Part shown: one piece after another, positions 1-9,386 of the stretch
Numbering within the stretch: position 1 is the stretch's first letter
Layout of the letters: each line of letters starts with the position of its first letter
NCBI GenBank assembly: GCA_964618725.1
Contig: CAZUBK010000003.1
Span: forward strand, 10,236-74,235
Origin: an uncultured Pseudomonadales bacterium
GTDB lineage: Bacteria; Patescibacteriota; Microgenomatia; UBA1400; Chazhemtobacteraceae
Direction: 5' to 3'
Length of the DNA: 64,000 nt
Notes under the pieces: model-generated
Database searches by the model: none
The model's input: only the letters and a program-made list of their open reading frames with translations
What the model was told of the DNA's origin: nothing
Made by a program: the position numbers and the translations under genes

Positions 1-322
1 GTTCTAGTAAAAAGCAAGCAAGATATCGACAGCGTTCCCAGCTTTGTCATTCTTGCGCTCTCTTTAATTTTTGGCCTCTTCGGCCCAATTTTTCTGAATC
101 AAACCAACCCCAACTTTTTACTGTACTTGGATGTTTTAGCAGGATTGTGTCTCGCCACCAGTGTCCATCTTCTTATCCATAACATCAAGGATCATCAAAG
201 ACCAGTCAATTATCTGCTCACCTTAATTATCTTCATCGTTGGAATTATTTCTCTCCTCATCGGCCTCGGCCAGATCAGCTTCTGATTTTCCTCCACGGCA
301 TCCACTCGGATGCCTTTTTTCA

Positions 323-1972
323 TCAATATCCAATCAAACCACCCACCCTTTTTCTGTACTTCATCACTATTCCATACGCTTTCGCCCTAAATTCTGGATC
401 AGTCTCAGCCTTGTATCTTAGTTTAGTAACAAATCTCTCATATCCAGTCTCTCCCTTGTGTTCTCTTAAATCCATATATTCTTTGTTCTCCATACTCACA
501 TACATTCCTCCCTCAGCCTTTTTAGGATGTTTTATCCCAGCCTCTCGCAGTAGCTCCCGGTATTCCCCCATCATCTCCCGCCAGGAGTGGACCAAATTTC
601 TACTTAATTCCTTTTCCTCTGGATCACCCCTTGCTCTTCCGACGACACCTTTCTGTTCCGCTTGAATCATCCACCCCGACAACCACAGAAATGACACTGA
701 TTTTACAAAGGTTCCAAACTCGTTCGGTTTAAACCTTAAAAGTGATCTCACTTCTACTCCAGGCTGGCTCCGTACTGGATATGGCAACATCCTCTCATCC
801 CTGCTTCTATGAAATGGGAAATAGTATTCCCCCAAACCCGTCTCTGAAAACTTTACGTGCTGTTCCCCCGTTTTTATCCTCCCACCTCTCTCATACACAC
901 TTTTGTGATATTCCAGTTTTTCCTTTGATAGCTTTAATAGTCCTGCCGCCGCCAACAACGCCGTCACCTCCATTATCTCAGTATGTTCCGGACTAAGTTC
1001 CACCCCGCCAATAGTGGCATGTATTCCTCCATTCTCCATTCCACCTCCCACCAACATTGCTGCCATCATCTCCCGAAATATTGTTCTTGGCGAAGTTGCC
1101 GGTTGTGTCACCATCTCGTAAACTTCGTCTGTTATCGTCAACCCTTCTTTAGTCAGGCCGGCTGCCATCCACTCCGACAATACTGGTTGTCTATATCGAA
1201 ACATATGTCCTGCCTCACCACTAAACATTTGATCCAACACCTTAAATCTCGTCCTTTGAGAAGCCGTTAAGTCATTCCCTCTCGCCATCGTTCTCGACAT
1301 CCTTTCCCATTCATGTCTCCATACCACTATTACCGCCGCCATTTCCCATTCGACCCCCAAAGTCACTGGGTCTGTCACTTTGGTCGCTAACTCCATCTCC
1401 TTATTCTTCTCTCTCAACCTTTCCAAGAACGAAACGGCTAAATCAGTTTTCAATTCAACCACTCCAGAATCACTTAGATCCAGCTCTATACCTGCTATTC
1501 CAGCATCTTCAATATATTTCCTGTACACATCATCTAGCAGTCCTCCCACTACCAAGGTATACATCCCAATAATCTCTGACTGTGCAATCCGAGTGAACAC
1601 TCTATCGGTCTTTGCCTCCTCAATTATCTCCGGCACCTTTTGCATAAAAGCATCTTCTGTCTCCCATCCTTTATGGACGCCGCCAGTCCATCTCTTACCC
1701 GCCAACCGATCTCTGTATTCATCACTAATCCTTCTTACCCATAATAAATCAAACGAAAGTTCCTCCTTCCTTCTTTCTGCTCTCAATATCCTTCCTTCTT
1801 CGGGCCCATCGGCCATTTTTTCATTATCTATCGCTCTCCTCAATTTCTCTTTTGTTTGCTCCAGTCGCTCGTCCCAATTTCGCTTCGGCCCGCCCACCAC
1901 TAACCCTTTTACTTGTTCCCTTGTTAAACCAGCTTCTTCTTCACCAAACATATCTCGATAATAGCACCTCAC
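323..1972 (-). CDS. Large hypothetical protein (549 aa), no recognisable catalytic motif
   Basis: Long uninterrupted ORF with coding-like composition. No motif I can assign. Confidence 0.4.
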   Translation of the reverse strand: MRCYYRDMFGEEEAGLTREQVKGLVVGGPKRNWDERLEQTKEKLRRAIDNEKMADGPEEGRILRAERRKEELSFDLLWVRRISDEYRDRLAGKRWTGGVHKGWETEDAFMQKVPEIIEEAKTDRVFTRIAQSEIIGMYTLVVGGLLDDVYRKYIEDAGIAGIELDLSDSGVVELKTDLAVSFLERLREKNKEMELATKVTDPVTLGVEWEMAAVIVVWRHEWERMSRTMARGNDLTASQRTRFKVLDQMFSGEAGHMFRYRQPVLSEWMAAGLTKEGLTITDEVYEMVTQPATSPRTIFREMMAAMLVGGGMENGGIHATIGGVELSPEHTEIMEVTALLAAAGLLKLSKEKLEYHKSVYERGGRIKTGEQHVKFSETGLGEYYFPFHRSRDERMLPYPVRSQPGVEVRSLLRFKPNEFGTFVKSVSFLWLSGWMIQAEQKGVVGRARGDPEEKELSRNLVHSWREMMGEYRELLREAGIKHPKKAEGGMYVSMENKEYMDLREHKGETGYERFVTKLRYKAETDPEFRAKAYGIVMKYRKRVGGLIGY

Positions 1973-2147
1973 TCACAAAAGAAAGTCTATCTCTCTGAAA
2001 AAGCCGACAACATTGCCTGTATCTCTTCCTCCACCTTTTTCCAGTCTCCCTTGGCCTTCCTTATTTCATCAAAGATTAGTCCTGCATCTACCAACACTTG
2101 ATCATCCTTGATTACCAATTTTGTTTTCGACATGTTTGTATTTTATA

Positions 2148-3341
2148 TTACTTGTAACCCACTGGTGCCTCAGTCAATACTACCCCCAAAGACATTCTCC
2201 TGTGCTCACGATCCAACATCTCAACATATACATGGAGTTTTTCTCCCGTCTTAAATTCTTTCCCTGCCGGCATCTTGGAAACGTGAATCAAACCATCAAT
2301 TCCTGGTTCAAAGTTAACAAAAGTTCCAAACGGCGCAATTCTGACTACACTGCCTTCGTGCTGTGTCCCTTCAGCGTATTTTTTCTCTATTTCTGACCAG
2401 GGATCACTTAATAGCCGCTTAATCGAGAGATTAAGTTTGCCAGTGTCTTCTTCAATCCCGATCACTTGAACCTTAACTCGGTCTCCCACTTTGTAGTGGA
2501 CATTTGGATCCTCTACCTTCTGCCAAGAGATCTCCGAGATATGAATTAGTCCTTCAAGCTTGCCCGACTCCTCCTCTCCTTCAAAGTTGATTGAGATCGT
2601 CACAAAGACACCAAATGGCATAATTCCCGACACCACTCCTTCCAAGATATCGCCTATCTTTACTTTCTTAAGCGCTTCATCCTTCTTCGCCATTCCGTCG
2701 GCTTCACTGATCACTTTCTCTGAGAAAATAAGCCGATTTTGCTCTCGGTCTACTTCGATCACTGCTACCTTGAAACCTTTATCAATCAAACGATCCATCC
2801 GACCCAAATACTCTTGACTGAATTGACTACTGGGGACAAAACCTCTCACTCCATCAATGACCACAATCAAGCCGCCCTTGTTTATCTCCAATCCCTTCAC
2901 TTCAATCGGTCTCTTGGTCTCCAGTAGTTCACTAAATTTATCCCATCTCTTGTCTTCCGCCGCTTGGCGTAGTGATAATAAAATCTGCCCTTGATCATTT
3001 TCTGGATTCTTAACAAATACTTCAATCTCATCCCCTATTTGAAGTGTCGCTACTAAATCAGAAGCCGCCTCTATCTCTTTATCCACCACCACTCCTTCAG
3101 TCTTGGCTCCAATATCAACCAAAACCATCCGTCTACTCACATCAGTTACCAGTCCCTTAATGACATCACCTCGCTTCGGCGCTGACAGTGTGTAGCCAGT
3201 ATTCGCCAACAACTCCTCCATAGAGGAGGCAGGCGCTGTAGCCTTTTTAGTAGTGGATTTCTTAGCAGCTGACTTAATCCCGTTTTTTAACGGGACAGGA
3301 CTTACGTCCTTTTTCGTCGCTACTTTCTTTTTTGTAGCCAA
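2148..3341 (-). CDS. rpsA: 30S ribosomal protein S1 with Lys-rich N-terminal extension
   Basis: Four repeated S1-like OB-fold segments (GDVIKGLV.., GDEIEVFV.., VGDRVKVQVIGI.., GSVVRIAPFGTFVNF..GIDGLIHVS). Confidence 0.8.
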   Translation of the reverse strand: MATKKKVATKKDVSPVPLKNGIKSAAKKSTTKKATAPASSMEELLANTGYTLSAPKRGDVIKGLVTDVSRRMVLVDIGAKTEGVVVDKEIEAASDLVATLQIGDEIEVFVKNPENDQGQILLSLRQAAEDKRWDKFSELLETKRPIEVKGLEINKGGLIVVIDGVRGFVPSSQFSQEYLGRMDRLIDKGFKVAVIEVDREQNRLIFSEKVISEADGMAKKDEALKKVKIGDILEGVVSGIMPFGVFVTISINFEGEEESGKLEGLIHISEISWQKVEDPNVHYKVGDRVKVQVIGIEEDTGKLNLSIKRLLSDPWSEIEKKYAEGTQHEGSVVRIAPFGTFVNFEPGIDGLIHVSKMPAGKEFKTGEKLHVYVEMLDREHRRMSLGVVLTEAPVGYK

Positions 3342-3448
3342 TTTGTAAATCTCCTTTCATTTAATAAGATGTCAACATTGTAACACAGCCTCAATCAAGC
3401 ATGCAAGATGCGCTATAATAGCCCAAATCCTAAAACTGGAGGTGCTCT

Positions 3449-3616
3449 TTGAACTTAACCGATATCTTATATTTTGTTTCTCTTCTATTAGCCGTCGCCG
3501 GCGCGTATCTTCTCTTTAGTAGCACAAGCATTATCACCGGCAGCATCGCTACCTTTGCTGCCTTTGCCTTCTATCTCATAGGCAATTCTACTTCTGCAAG
3601 TAGGAGTCCTAAATGA
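3449..3616 (+). CDS. Small hydrophobic peptide (55 aa, TTG start), predicted 2-TM
   Basis: GGAGGT Shine-Dalgarno 6 nt upstream of TTG. The hydrophobic product sits in a 420-bp gap with no larger ORF. Below the ORF-track cutoff. Confidence 0.3.
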   Translation: MNLTDILYFVSLLLAVAGAYLLFSSTSIITGSIATFAAFAFYLIGNSTSASRSPK

Positions 3617-3738
3617 GTCGGGTCATCATCACCTTCATCCTCTTTGGCATCCTCCTTATTCTTACTGGCCACCCCGTCTTCGGTGGCATCTTCCTCGTTG
3701 CTGCCTACTGTTGGCACAATTTCAGCCAAAACAACTAG
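3613..3738 (+). CDS. Small hydrophobic peptide (41 aa), start overlaps the previous stop (ATGA)
   Basis: ATGA overlap with the preceding micro-ORF. Single hydrophobic helix, MSRVIITFILFGILLILTG... Confidence 0.25.
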   Translation: MSRVIITFILFGILLILTGHPVFGGIFLVAAYCWHNFSQNN

Positions 3739-3763
3739 TTCTAAGCCGCCTTAAACAAGCGGC

Positions 3764-4312
3764 TTAAACCCTTTTGTATATCCGCATCTTTTGCCTTCTC
3801 CCTATTTCCTCCCACAAGGTGAATCTCTTACTTAACAGTGGATAGTCAAAGCTGACTACCATAGCTCCTTTTCTTAACTCCGAAAGATTCCTCTCAAGCC
3901 TTTCCATCATCGCCGGTAGTAAGTACATATATATCAAGTCGTAGCCCTTGAACGATGTCTCAAACAAATCTCTTCTCTCAAATCTTACCTTCCCTTTCTT
4001 AAACGGCGTCACAAATGCCCTTGCTTTACTACTCCACAACAACCATCTCATTCTCTCCACTCCCAACACTCTTACCGGAAAGTTCTTTGCTAACAACACA
4101 CTCACTCTCCCGTCGCCGCTCCCAAGTTCCAAGACTTTCTGTCCTTTTTTCAACTTAAGCTTCTTCATCAACTCCTTTAGTAAAGGAGTCTTAGTTGGTA
4201 CGTACGGCACTCCATAAAAGATGTTTCCCCAAAACACCAAGACAATATCCATTAAATACTTCAACACCAGGAGGAGAAAAATCAGATTGATTCCTAAAAT
4301 TAACCAGTTCAT
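3764..4312 (-). CDS. Class I SAM-dependent methyltransferase with N-terminal TM segment
   Basis: VLELGSGDGRVS glycine-rich SAM-binding motif I. Hydrophobic N-terminus. Confidence 0.55.
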   Translation of the reverse strand: MNWLILGINLIFLLLVLKYLMDIVLVFWGNIFYGVPYVPTKTPLLKELMKKLKLKKGQKVLELGSGDGRVSVLLAKNFPVRVLGVERMRWLLWSSKARAFVTPFKKGKVRFERRDLFETSFKGYDLIYMYLLPAMMERLERNLSELRKGAMVVSFDYPLLSKRFTLWEEIGRRQKMRIYKRV

Positions 4313-4330
4313 TCTTGTATTTTACTGCCC

Positions 4331-5416
4331 TCAAGCAATCACCCCACCACCCAAACACTCGCCATCCTTGTAGAATACCGCCGCCTGACCCGCTGCCACT
4401 CCTCGCTGTGGCAAAGACATCGCCACCAGTAGCCCCCGATCCTCTTGTATCACCTGCGCCGGAATCAGCATTCCTCCATGCCTTATCCTCACCAACAGCT
4501 CCTCTTCGCTTTGTTCCCTTTTTCCCCCAATCCACTTAATCTCCTTAACTAAAAAGCTCTCTCTATATGTTTCTGCCCCAAACCCCACTATTAATCGATT
4601 CCTCTCTGTTTCTTTGTCTACCACATACATCACCGGTGCCTCACCCCCAAATTTTTTTTGATATTCCGGTTCCACCACCCATCCCCCTCGTTGACCGATG
4701 GTATAAAACCACACTCCCTTATGCCTTCCGATCACATTGCCCTCGATATCGACCACCTCTCCTTCCTTTTCTTCCAGTCGCCGACGTAAGAACTTTTGCA
4801 CATCGATATCCCCTACAAAACATATTCCCTGAGAATCGGGCTTATCCGCCACCGGCAAACTCACCTTCAAAGCCAGCTCTCTTACCTCACTTTTCTTCAT
4901 GTCTCCCAAGGGGAACAACACTCGACCAAGCTCCGCCTGACCCAATCGATATAAGAAATACGTCTGATCTTTCCATTCATCCCTCGGAATCATCAATTCG
5001 TAAGTTCGTTGAATCGTTGAATTGTCTACTCGCAGTCGCGCATAGTGTCCCGTCGCTACGTAGTCAAAACCATTTTTAGTCGCCCACTCAAGAAATAAGC
5101 CAAACTTGATTTCTGAGTTACACCAAACGTCTGGATTCGGCGTCAAACCCTTGGCATAGTCGGCATAGAATCTATCAATTACTTTTTCCTTGTATTCTTT
5201 CTGAAAATCCAACACCTCAAATGGGATATCTAAATGCAATGCCACCGTTAAAGCATCTTTTCTGTCTTCAGCAGCCTTACAATGTGGCCCTTCATCCCAA
5301 CAGACAATGTTAACTCCTACCACTTCATATCCCTGCTCCTTCAATAGATATGCGCAGACGGCCGAGTCAACTCCGCCTGATAAACCCACTGCCACTTTTA
5401 ATTTCTTTTTCCCCAT
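4331..5416 (-). CDS. mnmA: tRNA-specific 2-thiouridylase MnmA
   Basis: N-terminal PP-loop VAVGLSGGVDSAV. ATGHYAR motif. Length and order of motifs typical of MnmA. Confidence 0.85.
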   Translation of the reverse strand: MGKKKLKVAVGLSGGVDSAVCAYLLKEQGYEVVGVNIVCWDEGPHCKAAEDRKDALTVALHLDIPFEVLDFQKEYKEKVIDRFYADYAKGLTPNPDVWCNSEIKFGLFLEWATKNGFDYVATGHYARLRVDNSTIQRTYELMIPRDEWKDQTYFLYRLGQAELGRVLFPLGDMKKSEVRELALKVSLPVADKPDSQGICFVGDIDVQKFLRRRLEEKEGEVVDIEGNVIGRHKGVWFYTIGQRGGWVVEPEYQKKFGGEAPVMYVVDKETERNRLIVGFGAETYRESFLVKEIKWIGGKREQSEEELLVRIRHGGMLIPAQVIQEDRGLLVAMSLPQRGVAAGQAAVFYKDGECLGGGVIA

Positions 5417-5523
5417 TCCCTGATTTTAGCACTACTAGCCTCGAGAGTCACCCCATAGAATTGACAAATTTGCTATAGATGAACTAAAATCATCCCAGCA
5501 CCTTTAAGCTCACAGGAGAATCA

Positions 5524-5736
5524 ATGACCGAAATCTTTGAAATCGATCAAATCGTCTATTTCTATCCTATCCAGCTCAACACCACCTCACCTCTCAAGGC
5601 TCGCATCGCCGGTATGACCGACAATGGCGTGTATCTGATCCGCCTCTTGCAACCCTATGAGGCACTCGACATTATGGCCGGCGAAGTCATCACCGCCGTC
5701 CCATATCAGCTTGAAAGCGAGCAATTTATTAAGTAG
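5524..5736 (+). CDS. Small protein (70 aa), paralog of 5833..6051
   Basis: Aligns to the next ORF (Y.YP..L....P..A+I......G.Y.+RL). Own GC-hairpin terminator at 5755..5779. Confidence 0.45.
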   Translation: MTEIFEIDQIVYFYPIQLNTTSPLKARIAGMTDNGVYLIRLLQPYEALDIMAGEVITAVPYQLESEQFIK

Positions 5737-5754
5737 ATCTGCTCTGTTCTTCCG

Positions 5755-5779
5755 CCACGCACCCGCGTGGCTTTTCTTG
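5755..5779 (+). terminator. Rho-independent terminator GCCACGC-ACCC-GCGTGGC + TTTTCTT
   Basis: 7-bp GC stem, 4-nt loop, T-tract. Directly after the 5524..5736 stop. Confidence 0.55.
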
Positions 5780-5832
5780 ACAAAAGGCTTCCGACAACCT
5801 ATAATTACCACAAATTGAACCAGGAGGCAAGA

Positions 5833-6051
5833 ATGTCAGTTTTTATTTCGGGAACTCCCGTTAAATACTGGAACCAGAATCTCACCCCCTATCCCATTCG
5901 AGCCAAGATCGTCGACCTAACCATCAGCGGCCAATACGAACTGAGGCTCGAAGAGGACGGCATTATGACCGATCCGCAGACCGGAGAGACTCGCCCCAAA
6001 AAGGCCGGCGACACGATGTACGCCTTCCGGCGTCAACTCGAACTCATCTGA
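5833..6051 (+). CDS. Small protein (72 aa), paralog of 5524..5736
   Basis: AGGAGG SD 6 nt upstream of the ATG at 5833. TATAAT at 5801. The track start at 5767 lies inside the upstream terminator hairpin, so I moved the start. Confidence 0.45.
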   Translation: MSVFISGTPVKYWNQNLTPYPIRAKIVDLTISGQYELRLEEDGIMTDPQTGETRPKKAGDTMYAFRRQLELI

Positions 6052-6095
6052 AACGTTCTACATAAATTGGCCGCTTTGTTAAGCGGCCAATTAGT

Positions 6096-6971
6096 TTATT
6101 CAAACAATTTTACCAGTGCCTTTGCCACATTCTCCCCCGTCCGTCTCTCAAAGTATTTAAACTGGGCTGTTCTGTTCACCTCCAAAATAACCCAATCTTC
6201 CCTGTCCTCATCCCAGGCCACGTCCAGTCCAGCAAAATCACACTCAAATAGCCTTGTCGCCATCAAACACAACACTTTTAGCCTCCCCATCTTTGTCGAA
6301 TTGAACCCAACTAGTCTTCCCCCTTCCCCTCCATATTTATCTCTCTGTCTGTGTCTCATCTCGCCTAAGTACTCACCGCCCACAACCAAACATCGGTACC
6401 ACTGTCTAACCCGTAGCTTTGGTTGTACCAGTACTGAGCCTTCGCTATATTCAGAGAATATCCTCTCAAATTGTTGCCAGTCGTTCACCAGTCTCACCTT
6501 TCTTCCATGACTACCAAATCTACCCTTAACAATCATCGGGAAATTAAACTTTGGCTCCGTTCTAAATTCTCGCCACCCTTTTTTACTCCCAAAGGAAATA
6601 AAGTCTACTGCTTGCAAATTAGCCGCTACCAACATTACCCCCTGCTCTATCTTGCCAAGAAGCGGATACTTAGCAAAGCTTTCTCCATTCAAAGTCTTGA
6701 TCCCCAACTTATTAGCCATCTCCAACACCACCATCTTAGTACTCACCATCGAACTGCCCTCCTTACTCGCTGCTCTAGGAATGATAAAATCATAGTCTTC
6801 TATCTTTCTCCCTTTCCCCAGGTCTAAAACCACCTTTCCATCCACTACCCCCAGTTCAATTTGACCATACTTCACCAAATCTATTTCAAGCCCCATCTCT
6901 CTTGCCTCCTGCGCAATTCTTCTTGGTTCATACTCTTTCACAAAACGGGTTAACAATAAAACTTTTTTCAT
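6096..6971 (-). CDS. RimK-like ATP-grasp ligase (alpha-L-glutamate ligase family)
   Basis: ATP-grasp fold motifs: Lys-rich ATP-binding region and C-terminal ExN Mg-binding motif (WVILEVNRTAQF). About 290 aa, as for RimK. Confidence 0.7.
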   Translation of the reverse strand: MKKVLLLTRFVKEYEPRRIAQEAREMGLEIDLVKYGQIELGVVDGKVVLDLGKGRKIEDYDFIIPRAASKEGSSMVSTKMVVLEMANKLGIKTLNGESFAKYPLLGKIEQGVMLVAANLQAVDFISFGSKKGWREFRTEPKFNFPMIVKGRFGSHGRKVRLVNDWQQFERIFSEYSEGSVLVQPKLRVRQWYRCLVVGGEYLGEMRHRQRDKYGGEGGRLVGFNSTKMGRLKVLCLMATRLFECDFAGLDVAWDEDREDWVILEVNRTAQFKYFERRTGENVAKALVKLFE

Positions 6972-7236
6972 CTAGCCCATTGTACGATAAAATCATGAGG
7001 CACAAGACCAGAATTACTACCATAGTTCAAAAAGGCAGAACCACAATAGAACCAAAATCCTCTTTCGAATCTCTCGCTGGATCCCTCAAATCACACATCT
7101 CTCTTACCAACAATCAATTAGCTAACGCCAGAAAAGACTTCACTAAACAATGGGCCGACAAATCCTAGAGTAGTTGATCGTACGTTTGCCACGTCCTAAC
7201 ATATCTTTTACCCTTAATTTCCCAAAATACACCCTG

Positions 7237-7260
7237 TGTGATAAAATATAGGTCAAGTTC
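7237..7260 (+). promoter_or_regulatory. Extended -10 promoter TGtgaTAAAATATAGGTCaagttc for paralog A
   Basis: TGnTAAAAT plus a conserved downstream block shared with 9339..9360 and 24742..24763. About 35 nt upstream of AGGAGG. Confidence 0.5.
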
Positions 7261-7280
7261 TAAACAGGAGGTTCTTTAAA

Positions 7281-8387
7281 ATGTTAAGTTTGAAAAGAAA
7301 AACGAAAATTGCTCAACCCAAACTCTTGGGTCTTGAGATCTTTGACAAACTACTTTTGATTTATGAAAGCCTCGGTTCCCCCGTCGGCCTAGCCAAGTGT
7401 TCTCTTGACCATCCTGATATCTCAAGTGCTGGCTTCAGCACTACCAAAACCCAAGATAACTTCACTACTCTCTCCCTCGTTCTCAATGTAGCCAATCTTT
7501 CTCATCTACCCTCACTCTCTTTATTTCTCGGTAGCAACTGGACCGGAGAAGTTGTTCTCGCCGCTACCTACTACTCTGAGCAAGAAGTCCTCGTAGTCCT
7601 GCAAACCGGAGATAGTAGTCTCATCGCCAAACAGGAGATCGTCTATCCCCATTCCTCCCCTAGCCTTATCAAGACTGTTTTGGAAGTCGTCACTGTCGGC
7701 AGGAAAATAAAACTGTCAAGTGATCTCGCCACTACCAATGCCATCGACCCGATCAATGAGCTTTTCAATCAACTCAACCAACGTAATAGCTCCCAGCTAT
7801 CTATTGCCGAAAAACGCACCAAGATTGCCCTCGTCCAACTCCGCCGCATTGGCGCCTTTGCCTTCTTCACCACCTATACCAACACCCTTGGCGGGAACCT
7901 TGACCTGATTTTAGAGGCAGTGTCATTTTCTAGCTATGGCGACGATTACTCGCGCCTCGATCATATTCCTCTGAAAGACATCACCCCTGAGAAATTGAAT
8001 GACGGGCTCGATGGTTTCAGCAAAGAGGTCGCCCAGTGGTATCACTTACACAATAGCCTGATAGATCGCATTGACAGGCATCTTCAATTGACCATCAGAC
8101 ACAAGTCTGACCCAAGCAGCTCTGATTCACTTGAAATCGGCTACTACTACAAGACCCGACAACTCTTTGTCCGTCATGACCGACAAGCAAAAAGGTTCCG
8201 TCCCGCTACTTCGCTTCCCTTTAAAACTGAGCAAATTCAATTCGAAACTGAAATTGCCAAAAACATGCCTCACTTGATCAAGGTAATTCTTTCTCTCCTC
8301 ACACCCAAGGAAGCCATTCGACTAGAAGAGCTTCTCAAACATTTTTCTAAGTCCATCACTACTTCCGAGCAACTCTTCAAAAAATAG
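7281..8387 (+). CDS. Hypothetical protein, member A of a 3-copy paralog family (368 aa)
   Basis: Clear similarity to 9387..10457 and 24799..25869 (LGL-IFD-L, LSHLPSL..G..W.GE.VL.ATY, IYPHS.P.LI, KIAL.Q..RIGAF). AGGAGG SD and conserved TGnTAAAATATAGGTC promoter. Confidence 0.6.
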   Translation: MLSLKRKTKIAQPKLLGLEIFDKLLLIYESLGSPVGLAKCSLDHPDISSAGFSTTKTQDNFTTLSLVLNVANLSHLPSLSLFLGSNWTGEVVLAATYYSEQEVLVVLQTGDSSLIAKQEIVYPHSSPSLIKTVLEVVTVGRKIKLSSDLATTNAIDPINELFNQLNQRNSSQLSIAEKRTKIALVQLRRIGAFAFFTTYTNTLGGNLDLILEAVSFSSYGDDYSRLDHIPLKDITPEKLNDGLDGFSKEVAQWYHLHNSLIDRIDRHLQLTIRHKSDPSSSDSLEIGYYYKTRQLFVRHDRQAKRFRPATSLPFKTEQIQFETEIAKNMPHLIKVILSLLTPKEAIRLEELLKHFSKSITTSEQLFKK

Positions 8388-8391
8388 CTCA

Positions 8392-9330
8392 CTATGCCAC
8401 CGATCCTTCGGTGGCTTTTCTTTGCAAATATTCCAGTATCTCCTTCACGATATTCTTCTTTATCCTCTTCTCCATTACCTTAAACTCAGGTGCCTCATTG
8501 ACCTCCACCACATACACTTTTCCCGTCTTTGTCTCTCTTATCAAATCCAGCCCCGCCACCTCTACTTCAACCGCCCTAACTGCCTTCTCCGCTTCTGCTC
8601 TCACGTCTTGCGGTATCTCAATCGCCTCCGACTTCCCCACCGACTTGTTTAAGATCAACTTCTCTTCCTTCATCTTTCGCTTAAATCCTCCCACCACCTT
8701 GTATCCAACACAAAACAGGCGGTAGTCTCCATCGTTCTCGATGAATTCCTGAATTAAAAACCCCCTATAAATCGGCTTCTCTTTCCCCATCTCCATCAAC
8801 TTAACCGCCCTTTCTTCTAATGTCTTTTCCAGTTCAAGGAGATCCTCTATTTTCCTAATCCCAAATGTCCCCATTCCGTGACGACCCCCTTTACTCAACT
8901 TCACAATTACCGGAAAATCCCAATTTCGTAGCTCTTCCCTTAGCTCCTTGAAGCTCTCTACCATTACCGTTTTCGGATAGTTGACATTGGCATTTATAAG
9001 CTGCCACCCCATCACCGACTTAAAGCGGCGCAGCGACCCCTGTGTCTTCAAGTATTCATCAACGACCGGAATATTATTTTTCTTCGCATACAAATCTAGC
9101 AACTTACTCCACTCTAGTTCAGATCCCACCGCTCGAAAGTAAAATAGGTCAAAGTTCCTGAGGTCTTCTCCCATATATAAAATCCTATCCTCAACCAAGG
9201 ACAACTTTCTGTACTTTATCGGCACCAACTCTATCCCCATCCCTTCCGCCTCCTTCACAAATCTCTCATGAGTCACAAATTTGTCCAGTCTATAAAAATA
9301 TGCAATTCTCACTCTCTCATCATACAACAT
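8392..9330 (-). CDS. RimK-like ATP-grasp ligase
   Basis: ATP-grasp motifs including C-terminal VYVVEVNEAPEF (ExN). 312 aa. Confidence 0.7.
   Translation of the reverse strand: MLYDERVRIAYFYRLDKFVTHERFVKEAEGMGIELVPIKYRKLSLVEDRILYMGEDLRNFDLFYFRAVGSELEWSKLLDLYAKKNNIPVVDEYLKTQGSLRRFKSVMGWQLINANVNYPKTVMVESFKELREELRNWDFPVIVKLSKGGRHGMGTFGIRKIEDLLELEKTLEERAVKLMEMGKEKPIYRGFLIQEFIENDGDYRLFCVGYKVVGGFKRKMKEEKLILNKSVGKSEAIEIPQDVRAEAEKAVRAVEVEVAGLDLIRETKTGKVYVVEVNEAPEFKVMEKRIKKNIVKEILEYLQRKATEGSVA
8396..8424. terminator. Bidirectional terminator GCCACCGA-TCCT-TCGGTGGC + TTTTCTTTG (A-run on the other side)
   Basis: Lies between convergent genes 7281..8387 and 8392..9330. Confidence 0.55.
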
Positions 9331-9338
9331 TTATCCCT

Positions 9339-9360
9339 GTGGTAAAATATAGGTCTCAAC
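9339..9360 (+). promoter_or_regulatory. Extended -10 promoter TGtggTAAAATATAGGTCtcaac for paralog B (overlaps divergent ATP-grasp 5' end)
   Basis: Same motif as 7237..7260. Confidence 0.5.
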
Positions 9361-9386
9361 ATTCCTGCTTTAGGAGGTACCTTAAA

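Noticed and set aside
1380-1961. Long ORFs antisense to or overlapping annotated genes (e.g. 1380..1961, 12083..12571, 18499..19009, 29241..30008, 21516..21986, 53583..54116)
   Set aside because: They lie entirely within stronger ORFs on the opposite strand that have recognisable motifs. Their low-complexity Ser/Pro/Thr-rich translations are typical of shadow ORFs.
6902-7168. 88-aa ORF in the 309-bp gap between the first ATP-grasp gene and paralog A
   Set aside because: It overlaps the 5' end of the ATP-grasp gene and has no SD. A possible internal start (MRHKTRI...) sits too close to a TAAAAT box for a normal leader. It is left as unsupported, though the divergent promoter region is worth experimental mapping.
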